Assembly (NCBI RefSeq): GCF_001194135.2
Contig: NC_068987.1
Span: 44,515,669 to 44,577,369, forward strand
Direction: 5' to 3'
Length of the DNA stretch: 61,701 nt
Source: Octopus bimaculoides
Taxonomy: Eukaryota
The position numbers and the translations under genes are program-made. Below are positions 50,534 to 61,701 of this stretch, piece by piece. The notes beneath the pieces were generated by a model. That model made no database searches, was not told the DNA's origin, and saw only the letters and a program-made list of their open reading frames with translations. The stretch's first letter is position 1. Each line of letters starts with the position of its first letter.

Positions 50534-52984
50534 AGAAAAGAAGTGGATGCAACATATAGGCTTGGAAAGTGTTGGTACGGAACATATTAGTTCAGAAGAG
50601 TAGAAGCCAGTATAGTAGCAGTCAAAGAGACAGAGAAAAGAAACAGTATATTGGTGGACTGCTGGTTGTCACATATTAGTAAATGAATCTTGGTCAATTT
50701 TCCTTTAACCAATCAACAATGTATGTGCAGCAGTGCTGACTGAGATATGTGAACAGTTTTCTGATGAAGAAGGCTCTTGAGGGTTATTTTTGTATGGGAT
50801 AATCATAGAAGGTGCAGTCCCCTTTGAGTACTGCTTGCCCATGCAGACAGAAAGACACACATACTCATAGATATTTATACATATACGATAGGCTTCTTTC
50901 AGTTTCCACCTTCCAAATCCACTTACAAGACTTGAGTCAGCCCAAAGCTATAGTAAAAACACTTTCACAAGGTGCTATACAGTGGGACTGAACTCAGAAC
51001 CTTGTGGTTGGGAAGCAAACTTCTTATCACACAGCCATGCCTGCAGCTGAACACATTCAAATAGCTCTGTTGTCAACAACATTTTTACAAGTTGTTCATA
51101 ACACTAAGTTCTCTGCACAAAGCATTTATATAGTAAACAGTTACCACATAAATTATATTATAGGACAGATCTAGAATATTTGTCTGCACCTTCTACAGAG
51201 TGTAAAATATTCTAAATACATTAACCATTAACAATTATTTTCATATGAGAAAATTTCATAAGTACATTTTTTGTCTATATATTTTAATCTCCTTTAGTAC
51301 ATCCCATTGAAATATTAAGGGTTTTCCTATAAACTACTACTTTAATAAAACGATGCTTATATTAGTATTGTGAATTAATTAGGTAGCTACTACTTTCAAT
51401 GATTCTATCACATACACACAAATGTGCCTCTCCTGTATACACATATATGGATCCATTGGATCCTTCCACATGTATCTCTTGACACTTCTTCACTCACTTC
51501 TCATCTTCCAGATGAATTACATGCCCATACCAGTGCAGCTACCACTCTTACAAAACACACACATTCCTTTTATATCCAGATTCTCTTTCAGTTGGTTTAT
51601 GCTTTGTTCATGCACAGTAACATTACACATCCATCAAATCATACTTACCTCATTTCTTTCCAACCATAGCAAAGACATAGCTAAGTGAGCAGCCAGCCTG
51701 AATAAAAGGTCACTTTAGTCTTGGTATATAACCTCTATAATGGTGGTAGCATAAAAAAATACACCTGGTCCACACTGTAAGGTGGTTGGTAATAAGCAGG
51801 GTATCTAGTCTGTAAACAATGCTCCAACTAATATAACAACAAAAATACAGATAGAGAAAATCACATCAAACATTGAATACAAAAATAGCTTTCCTTAGAG
51901 TATATTTCTTCTTAACGTTCTTTTTGTAAGTGTTTGTGTACTGGAAATATTTTCTTAGTTCACTACGAATTTAATTAATTTTGGATCACCTTGAAAACAT
52001 TGTGTTAACATGTATTTTTGGATATATATCAATTTGAATGCTATTTTCTGTATCTAAATATGTTGATGCAACAGAAACGCTCATTGGCTTTGTAAGGTGA
52101 ATTCAACAATTAAAGATGTGATTTTCTCAATCCATATTTTTGTTGTTTACTTTTTTGAAATTCTTCTAAATGATATTTGGATCAACTTGTCATACATGAG
52201 GAATTACCTTGGATGTGTATTCTACTTGCATTTATTGGTGTCAGATTGTTTGACATAGTTAACCAATTTTTTTTTTAAACTGAGTGCTTTATTGATACCT
52301 GCCTGGATTTTCTAATCCCTTTTTTTTCCTTATGTATGTATAAAAATCTGTCAAAAATGATAGGGTCTTTTTAAAAATAAATTACACAAACAAATTTTAG
52401 TCTTAAAATATTTAATGTATCATACTTTAGTCACTCAAGATCAAACTTAAAGCCATCTCCCCTTCTCCAGCACAACCCCCGCTCAGATGAGTTTCTATTT
52501 TTCTTTGTCTTGCCAATGTCATGAAAACCACACCCAGTACACTCTGTAAAGTGGTTGATGTTAGGAAGGGCATCCAGCTGTAGGGATCATGTCAAAGCAG
52601 GCATAGGAATCTGGTACAGTCCTCTAGCTTACTGGATCCTGTCAAACTGTTCAATTCATGTAGCAAACAAAACAAATTAGGATGATGATGAATTCCTTGA
52701 TTACAATATTCTTTATGAAAACAGTTTCTCCAAACCGTCCTATTAAATCTGTAATTTCAAGTCAGCACGATTCCAAAGAATTGCACAAAGGGACTGCACC
52801 TGAAACCACATGGTTGGGAGGCAAGCTTTTCAAACACACAAACACGTTTGTGCTTTTCTTTATTTTTAATTGATAGGGAGGAATCCTTGAAGTTTGTTCA
52901 TTCCAGAATTCAAGAGAAATTTACAGTCAGTTTCTCATCATCATTAACTTGTGAGCCTACACTGTTGTATGTTGTGAGAATACT

Positions 52985-53470
52985 GAGTGTACCATCCAAT
53001 AATTGATGATTGAACATAGAGCATCTTTGTCTTGTGAGGGTTCATTCGTTACATCTGTAGATTGACCACATAGTTCCCCTGTATATATTTTCTGTTCTAC
53101 TGCCAGCAATATAGGACTCAAAGTCATTGGCCTCCTTGAGTTGTGTGCTATTGTTGGAACAAATTGCCAAGTGGCTTTCATTCTTATTGATGGTCATGTA
53201 CTCAGTTTTCTTTGCAAGGAGAAACAGATCAATCTTGGCTGCAGAACTTCCAGGCATTGCTGACCATTACTATCACACTGAGCAACAGGCTAATATCAAA
53301 TATATTTGTGAAGACTTCAGTAATCCTAATAGTAGACAAAGACTACTCAACTATACCAATGTTATTAGCAAACACACAACATGAAATTAAGAACTTACCA
53401 AAGCTAATGGAGGACACAGAGAGAATCTTGGCACAGCACTGTGAAACACATTTTGATTGCAGTACTTGAG
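52985..53470 (-). mobile_element. Old LINE RT C-terminal fragment
   Basis: SAAKIDLFLLAKKTEYMTIN...QLKEANDFESYIA (thumb-region-like), frameshifted. Confidence 0.55.
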
Positions 53471-54003
53471 GAAGAAGAATATATTTCCTTATACAACCTT
53501 ATATGAAATTCCTTATATAAGGAATTTCAATACTACTTACAATTATATCATTTGTTTTAGAGCTTCTGAACGTGAAAAGAGCGTCTAACCTTTTGGCATT
53601 TCAACTGGCTATATCCAGCCCTCAGATTCTACGTATGTTTAAACCAGCCAGATTTGGTCTCTCACAAGTACCCTACTATGTCATTCTAAAATTAAACAAT
53701 CACATTATTGAAATTTTGAAGCTACAATATAAGCCATCATTAATTCAAAACAATGTGAATAAATAAGCGTAATTTGAATCCTAAAGGGTAAAACTTACAA
53801 AATGTTATCTACTCTAGCAACTAAAATAACAGTAGATATAATACCATAAATCAGTACTGGAAAAGTGGGATTGTCCACTGAGTATAAAGAAGCAAGCTTA
53901 TTTTTTTAAACTATGCTTCTTAGATAGAACGTAACAAAATGTTCAAAGGAAATAATGTAGAGCAGTTGAAAGTGCTTGGACATAAGTTATTGTTAAACCT
54001 TAC

Positions 54004-54117
54004 CGTTGAATTATGAACTGCTATTAATTGTTCATTTGAGGAATCCCATAATACTGGAGCAGTGATGAAATGAACTTGTCTTGGAGACCAACAATGGAGC
54101 AGCTTCTGGTTGCTAAT
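54004..54117 (-). CDS. NOL11: NOL11-like exon (most 5' exon found): ISNQKLLHCWSPRQVHFITAPVLWDSSNEQLIAVHNST
   Basis: tattcttttatag|...|gtaagg, 114 nt, phase 0/0. Aligns to recalled human [38 protein letters not shown]. Confidence 0.88.
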
Positions 54118-54372
54118 CTATAAAAGAATATGTTGCTGAATATCAAACATGCAATAAATAAAGTCATGTGGTTAAGTTATTTTGTTTATCATCAGAGTAT
54201 TCATCAATATGTGAGCAAATACAAAAAGGAAACAATTGTCGTAACCAGCGTCTAAGGCACAGGTATGGGAAAGAGTATTTTACTGAAACTACATGTGAAT
54301 ATTAGTTGCAGACATACTTTTGCAGTGAACATGCCATCTCCTTGTGTTTGTGTATGCTCCATTGGAAGTAAA

Positions 54373-54417
<45 letters not shown>

Positions 54418-54503
54418 CACATATATACATACATATACATATAAACATATATATANNNNNNNNNNNNNNNNNNNNNNNNNNNNNNNNNNNNNNNNNNNNN
54501 NNN

Positions 54504-56045
54504 CATGATCATCATCGTTTAACATCTGCTTTCCATGTTGGCATGGGTTGGACGGTTTGACTGAGGGCTACACCAGGCTCCAATCACATCTGGCAAAGTG
54601 CCTACAGCTAGATGCCCTTCCTAATGCCAACCACTTCGAGAGTGTAGTGGGTGCTTTTTACGTGCTAACGGCACAGGACCAGTCGGCCAGCACTGGCATC
54701 AACCACACTCGAATGATTCTTTTTATGTGCCACCAGCATGGGAGCCAGTGAGGCAGCACTGGCATGTCCTCAGCAGTCACAGCCCATGTTTCACTGCCAT
54801 GTAGCATGGCTGTTCGTACACATGCGTCATACAGTCTGCCTTTTACTCTGAGCGAGAAGCCCTTTGACACCAGCAGAGGTAAGAGCTCTCTGAACTTNNN
54901 NNNNNNNATGTAGCATGGCTGTTCGTACACATGCGTCATACAGTCTGCCTTTTACTCTGAGCGAGAAGCCCTTTGACACCAGCAGAGGTAAGAGCTCTCT
55001 GAACTTTGCCCAGGCTATTCTTACTCTAGCAGCTACACTTTCAGCTACTGACTTGGTCACCTAAGTAACGGAAGCTATCAACTACTTCTAATGTTTCTCC
55101 CTGGAATGTGGCAAAAGTTGTTCTCTGCACATTTCCAGTGTTTATTGCTCATGAGCATCTGCCACATACAAAAACTAACTTTCTAGTTAACCTTCCTTTG
55201 ATAGTGCTGCACCTCTTATGTGTCCATAGCTTATACTGGGTACATCTTATAGAGTTTCTAACTATGCCTTTTCTGCAGATCGAGCAGGGCCATCTACCTG
55301 AAGGAGTTTGTGGTTTGTCTACCTTTCTACTTATTAGGACTTTGGTTTTAGCTAGGTTGACTCTAAGGCCCTTCGATTCTATTCCTTGCTTCCACACCTG
55401 AAACTTCTCTAGTTCTCATAGTGACTCAGCAATTAGAGCAAGGTCATCAGCATAGAGGAGCTCCCAGGGGCATCCTGTTTGGATTCCTCTGTTATTGCCT
55501 GGAGGACTATGATAAATAGGAGGGGGCTGAGGACTGAACCTTGGTGGACCCCTACCTCTACCCGGAATTCTTCACTGTACTCGTTGCCAACCCTCACTTT
55601 ACTGACAGCGTCCCTGTACATGGCTTGCACAGCTCTCACTAACCACTCATCTATCTGACCACCAGATAAGGGAGCGGGGGACCCTATCAAAGACTTTCTC
55701 CATGTCAATGAAAGCCAGGTACAGAGGTTTATCTTTGGCTAGGTATTTTTCTTGCAGCTGTCTTACAGGAAATATAGCATCAGAACGAACCCAAACTGCA
55801 TCTCATCTAAACTGACTTGCTCCCTAATTTGTTGGGCTATGACCCTCTCCGTGACCTTCATTACCTGGTCCAACAACTTGATACCTCTGTAATTGTTTGT
55901 GTCTAGAGCGTCACCTTTACCTTTGTAGCAGTTGACTATGATGCTGCTACACCAGTCATTGGGTATGCCTCCTTCATGTATCACTTGATTAACTATACAG
56001 GTCATTAGGCTATAGCAGACACTGCCAGATATTTTGAGCATCTCT
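54504..56045 (-). mobile_element. RTE-clade LINE, 5'-truncated, with internal deletion
   Basis: PNDWCSSIIVNCYKGKGDALDTNNYRGIKLL, EMQFGF, FIDMEKVFD, GVHQGSVLSPLLF, YADD; (CAT)n tail at 54504. Confidence 0.9.
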
Positions 56046-57255
56046 GCAGTGATTCCTGATGGGCCGGGGGCTTTCCCTGTGGAAATTCCATAAGATTACC
56101 CAGTGTAATTTATGGACACATAAGAGGTGCAGCAACATCAAAGGAAGGTTAACTGGGAAGATAGTTTTTGTGTGTGGAAGATGCACAAGTGCAATAAACA
56201 CTGAAGATGTCAGAAAAAAGATTCCATCACATGCCAGTGGAAAAAAGCTAGAAGTAGTTGATGGCTTCTGTTAGCTAGGTGACCAAGTCAGTAGTGGGGG
56301 TGGATGCTCTGACAGCATAGCTGTCAGAGCTATGTGTAGCTGCTAGAATAAGAATAGCCTGGGCAAAGTTCAGGGAGCTCCTACCTCTGCTAGTAACAAA
56401 GGGCCTCTCGCTCAGAGTGAAAGGTAGACTGTATGATGCCTGTGTGCGAACAGCCATGCTACACGGCAGTGAAACATGGGCTGCAACTGCTGAGGATATG
56501 CGTAGGCTTGAAAGAAATGAAGCTAGTATGCTCTGCTGGATGTGTAATGTCAGTGTGCATAAACAACAGAGTGTAAGCACCCTGAGAGAAAAGTTGGACA
56601 TAAGAAGCATCAAATGTGGTGTGCAACAGAGACGACTGCACTGGTATGGTCATGTGTTGCATATGGATGAGGACAGCTGTGTGAAAAAGTGTCACACCCT
56701 AACGGTGGAGGGGACCTGTGGAAGAGGTAGACCCAGGAAGACTTGGGATGAGGTGGTGAAGCACAACCTTTGAACACTGAGCCTCAAGAGGCAATGACAA
56801 GGGACTGAGACCCTTGGAGATATGTTGTGCTTGAGAAGACCCGGTAAGCCAAGTGAGATCATAGCCATGGCTGATGCCAGTGTCACATAACTAGCCCATT
56901 TAAAAACACCCTTCAATCATTGGGCAATATGCCATGCATGTGAAGACCTGTTGAACCAAGTAAAATCATAGTCATGGCTGATGCCAGTGCTGCCTGACTG
57001 GTACCCATGCTGGTGGCACATAAAAAGCACAATTCAAGAGTGGGCGAAGCCAGTGCTTCCTGACCATTTGAGTGTAGTCAATGCCAGTACCACCTGACTG
57101 GCTCCTGTGCTAGTGACATGTAAAAAAGCACCCACTACAATCTCAGAGTAGTTGGTGTTAGGAAGGGCATCCAGATGTAGAAACCTTGCCAAATCAGATT
57201 GGAACCTGGTGCAGCCTCCCAATTTGCCAGTCCTCAATCCAACCCATGTCAGCAT
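56046..57255 (+). mobile_element. RTE-clade LINE, back-to-back with the previous copy
   Basis: KGRLYDACVRTAMLHGSETW...RLHWYGHVLHM...RGRPRKTW; 3' UTR runs into (AG)n. Confidence 0.9.

Positions 57256-57337
<82 letters not shown>
57256..57337. repeat. (AG)n microsatellite (representative of many TA/CA/CAT/AAT microsatellites)
   Basis: Uninterrupted AG dinucleotide run of about 80 bp. Confidence 0.95.
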
Positions 57338-57340
<3 letters not shown>

Positions 57341-57694
57341 TGAAGAGAACAAACAGTGAGAGATTATCAATCTAGGCAAAATATTTCATAAGCATATATA
57401 GATAGACATTTGTAATTATTACACCTCCATAATGCCCATACTGCTAAATAAGGCATATTTGCTAGGAAAACAATAACAGATTATGATGGAAACTCTGGAC
57501 ACAAAAAGATAGCCTGAATAACTTTGATATAACTATGGGCGCAAGTGACTCAGCCCAAGTTACAGATCTAGTAGGAATTTATATCTTAATCCACATAGAG
57601 ATTGAATTCCTGGAAATGGGGGGGGGGGGATGGGAGTAGATTACATAGGGATGACAAACTATTTACCATACATAACTGTAACAATAGATTATTA

Positions 57695-58439
57695 GAGAAG
57701 TGTAGGAAGTTAGACCCAGGAAGACCTGAGATGAGGTAGTGAAGCACGACCTTCAAACATTGGGTTTTACCGAGGCAATGACTAGTGACCGTGACCTTTG
57801 GAGATATGCTGTGCTTGAGAAGACCCGACAGGCCAAGTGAGACCATAACCCTATGCCAGTGGGTGTAACCAGCCCACTTATGAGTACCCCTCATTCATTG
57901 GACGATAAACTTTGCTTGCGAAGACCTGTTGAGACAAGTGAAATCAAAATCGCTGACATGGCCGATGACAGTATCGCCTGATTGGCACTCGTGCCAGTGG
58001 AACGTTAAAAGCATCATCCTAGCATGATCATTGCCAGGGCAGCTGATTGGCTCCCGTACTAGTGGCATGTAAAAAATACCATTTGAGCATGATCATTGCC
58101 AGCGTCACCTTACTGGCACATATGCCGGTGGCATGTGAAAAACAACATTTAAGTGTGGTCATTGCCAGTGCCACTGGACTGGCTCCCGTGCAGGTAGCAC
58201 GTAAAAAACACATTTTGAGCGTGGTCATTGCCAGAACTGCCTCTCATACCGGTGGCATGTAAAAACACCCATTATACTCTTGGAGTGGTTGGCATTAGGA
58301 AGGGCATCCAGCTGTAGAAACTTTGCCAGATGAGATTGGAGCCTGGTGCAGCCTTCTGGCTCACCAGTCCTTAGTCAAACTGTCCAACTCATGCCAGCAT
58401 GGAAAACGGATGTTAAACGACAATGATGATGATGATGAT
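57695..58439 (+). mobile_element. RTE-clade LINE 3' end with an expanded tandem-unit UTR
   Basis: RPRKT*DEVVKHDL, then about 5 units of 65-66 bp and a (GAT)n tail. Confidence 0.85.
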
Positions 58440-59089
58440 TAGGACTCAAGCTTTCGATAGAAACAGAGTATAGTAAGGCTAATTTTCTCAATGCCATGCT
58501 CAACCTTAGAACAGGACTACACCACCCATTCCATAAACAAAAGCAAAACCTGAAGTATGTAAATGAACTATCCTTATGGGAGTGTCAGCTAGACTATTTA
58601 GGTTATTGACTAATGAGGACATATTTAATAGGCACATAGGTTACTATAACATAGCATTAAGTGGGGCCAGCTATAGTGAAATTCAGGGACAGAAAAAGAT
58701 ATATCCTCACATACAGAACCTAACTTAGGTACAAACAGGAGAGGTAACGGTGGAGTCACATCAAATGATAAGAAGAATAGTTATAATCATAAAGCAAATG
58801 CAAAAAATAACCTTACAGTAGGACTGCCAGAGGGTGGGGACACCCTGAATATTTAGCAAAAATAGCAAGATTATGAAACAAATGAGAGGACAGACTAGCA
58901 AAAGAGATTTCAGACCCACTTGTAAGCAAACAAAAAATAAGACCCCAACTTAAAGATAGCCAAAATAAGATGAGAGTGACACTTGAATTAGACACCAGGG
59001 ATAAATGACTGAGATGGGAGGAAGGGTAGGTATAATGACAACACAAATCATATATACATAAACTGAATAATGTAGTGAGGAAAAAGCAC

Positions 59090-59990
59090 AAGATAGATCA
59101 CCACAAGATGAATAGGAAAAAGAAACATACAGAAACTATCTGGTTCAATGCTCCATTTAGGGTCCAAATAGATACAAACATTCCCAGGAAATTCTTTGCA
59201 GCCTTAGACAAAAATTTCCCTTCCTTGAGTAGGTATGGGAGATTAGTTAACTGACACTCTGTAAGATTTGCTAAAAACCTAGCACAAATTATTGCGTCCC
59301 ACAATACCTGTAAATTAAGGGAATTAGAGCATTTAATTTTGACAGACCTAGACCAGAATAGAATATGCAATAATAAAAAAAAAGGCTACTGTTAAGACTA
59401 ATAGGGAGGACAATATAAATAGAAATGATACTGTAAATGACAAGAACAGAGTCAGTGGCAGTGATAGTGATGATGGTAAGAGTAACAATAATAAGGATGG
59501 TAATTGTAATGGTAATAACAAATAGTAGTAATAAGAATAATGATGGTAATGATAAAGTTAATAATGACAAGAGAATAACTCCAAAAGTAGCAGCAATAGG
59601 AAGGAAAGTACCAGTTGTAACTGTAGAGGGGATAGGGAATGTGTGTTAAATCATGCTTTGGAAGGAATTTAATATATGAATGTGCAGAAGTAACCCAGAA
59701 CAACTTACAAATACATAGGATGTTGCACCACAACATTTACAAATACATCTCGTCATTTAGGTATAAAAATAAAGAAAATGTGACATCATTTAGCAAGCTA
59801 ATATGGCAACTTAGGGAGGAAGAAACAGAATATGAACTGAAATGGTCAATCTTCAGTAGAGCTAAACTACACGCAATAGGTAGATGTGAACTTTGCCTAG
59901 AGGGGTCATTCCAAATCCTAAAAGCAGTGGGTAATCTAATTAACCATAGGCAGGAATTAGTGAGCATTTTTTAAATAAATGATTCAGCAG
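59090..59990 (+). mobile_element. Penelope-like element (RT/EN linker plus GIY-YIG endonuclease C-terminus), decayed
   Basis: TIWFNAPF...TNIPRKFFAALDKNFP and SSFRYKNKENVTSFSKLIWQL...KWSI...RCELCLE...LINHRQELVS, both typical of Penelope/Neptune-type PLEs. Confidence 0.8.
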
Positions 59991-61453
59991 GTTCCCTAGT
60001 TAACTTTAATAATATAGTGAGAGGTATAGGTTGGGATGGGTATACTGACAAGGCGATAAATGTGAATTACCTAATATTGTTTTATGTATATGTTTATAGG
60101 TGTTCTACTTATTTAGCCTCATTTTGCTATGTTTTAAAGACTTAATTCATTTTATTTTACTTAGGTTTTTATATTTTATATATGTATGTATGTCTATGTA
60201 TATCGTGGCCAATGCCAATATCCCCTGACAGGCTCTCACTAGGTCACACATAGTCCCCTGATGGTAACATTTATTTCAAGGCCTTCCCAGATGAGTGACC
60301 GGTTATTCAAACACATTTATAGATTGTAAATTTATTCTGTCCAGTTACCTATCGGTATAGTGGTCATTTGCAAACTCCAGAGGTGACACTTTCATTTCTC
60401 CTTAGCCCTCACGTCACACAGTTGTTAATGTTTTCAGTTGGGTCATGCCCTTCCAATTGCTATAGATCCGTAATGCATCTTACAGCTGTGCCTGTCACCT
60501 GTATGGTGAGGAATCCTACATTGGGGAGTAGTAATGACTAGGGTAGGGTAGCTGACTGCTTATTGTGATCATTTGTCTTTTGGTTTCCTGTAGCTTTGCT
60601 CTCTTTTACAAACCCAGTGAACATACATATTTCCTATTTCAAAGAAATTCAGACAATACATATCAGACCCAAGTTAAAAAGATTCTCAACAATTCAACTT
60701 CTCTGGTTGACATTAACACACCCACCCTCAATAGGGGCCTTAACTCCCACATTTTAGAGCTCCATGACCTCCATTTTTCAGGAGCAAAATCCTTTTAACA
60801 GGTTCCATAAGACTGGAACTTTGAAATCTGCACATAAAGATCATTAGTATGGGATACATGTGTCATGATTAGAATTTTTTAGGGTGTGTAAAGAGTGAAA
60901 GAAACCTCATCTGCAATTTTGATGAAATTTGAATCATAGGTATTCCAGTTCATTACAGAAAATATAACAGAAAAGTCTAATTCTTCAATTGCATGTAACA
61001 TGGGTATCTCTGCTAGTTTAACCTATAAACAATGCTAATATGGTAATGGGTGCTGACTACAAACACTAATGTTTTAGACTGTTCCTTTCCCAAACTTAGC
61101 AATACAATGCCCCTACTTCTAGTAAGTGACTCCTATACCATCCCCTTACCTACTTCCACCCCTTTGTAACCTATCTTCCTCTGCTCTTTATTCTACTTGA
61201 ATATTTCCATCTTCTCTGACTTTCCCCATACCATAGCCATTCCTCCAATGCTCTGCTTGTTTTAACCAGAAATGGCTCTGACAAAAGTAGCATTAATTTT
61301 CTTAGGTTGTTGAATTTTCCCCAATTGATCAATAGACCAATTGAGTAAACCTATAATGTACCTATAGTGACTACTAGAAACAGTTATAAGCCAAATTTGC
61401 TCCAATAAAGGAAAAATATGTAATGATCATTATTTTAAACCTGTTTCTTATAT

Positions 61454-61701
61454 CATCATCATCATCATCATCATCGTTTAACGTCCACTTTCCATGCTAG
61501 CATGGGTTGGACGATTTGACTGAGGACTGGTGAAACCGGATGGCAACACCAGGCTCCAGTCTGATTTGGCAGAGTTTCTACAGCTGGATGCCCTTCCTAA
61601 CGCCAACCACTCAGAGAGTGTAGTGGGTGCTTTTACGTGTCACCCGCACGAAAACGGCCACGCTCGAAATGGTGTCTTTTATGTGCCACCCGCACAAGCC
61701 A
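61454..61701 (-). mobile_element. Young RTE-clade LINE 3' end (continues beyond the window)
   Basis: (CAT)n tail; near-identical to 5938-6173 and 30095-30330. Confidence 0.85.

Noticed and set aside
54760-55010. Apparent direct duplications flanking small gaps (also about 2780-3040 and 14110-14280)
   Set aside because: Identical sequence on both sides of short N runs is typical of unmerged contig overlaps.
57960-58270. Regularly spaced repeats that superficially resemble a CRISPR array
   Set aside because: The units are contiguous degenerate tandem copies with no unique spacers, inside a eukaryotic LINE 3' UTR.

Overview
Gappy (N-rich), AT-rich, repeat-dense animal genomic DNA. The SINE/LINE repertoire and the (TA/CA)n, (CAT)n and (AAT)n microsatellites suggest an octopus (inference). 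Two spliced genes were reconstructed by hand; the ORF track largely misses them. (1) Minus strand: 14 consecutive exons (54117 down to 11102, 1716 nt, 572 codons, one continuous open frame with matching splice phases) encode an NOL11-like (nucleolar protein 11, SSU processome t-UTP) protein. Its first and last coding exons were not found. (2) Plus strand: the last two coding exons (1925-1999, 5564-5667) of an ANAPC16-like gene, convergent with NOL11. One NOL11 intron (18283-18934) is a clear U12-type minor-spliceosome GT-AG intron. The introns hold RTE-clade LINEs (including a young subfamily), tRNA-derived SINEs, mariner, maT-like and Tigger/pogo transposons, Helitron pieces, a Penelope-like element and two long fold-back hairpins. 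I see no evidence of a wholly new biological system. The best leads are the minor intron, the intronic dsRNA hairpins and candidate poison/micro-exons. Homology calls rest on recalled human and transposon-family sequences, not database searches; TE boundaries are approximate.
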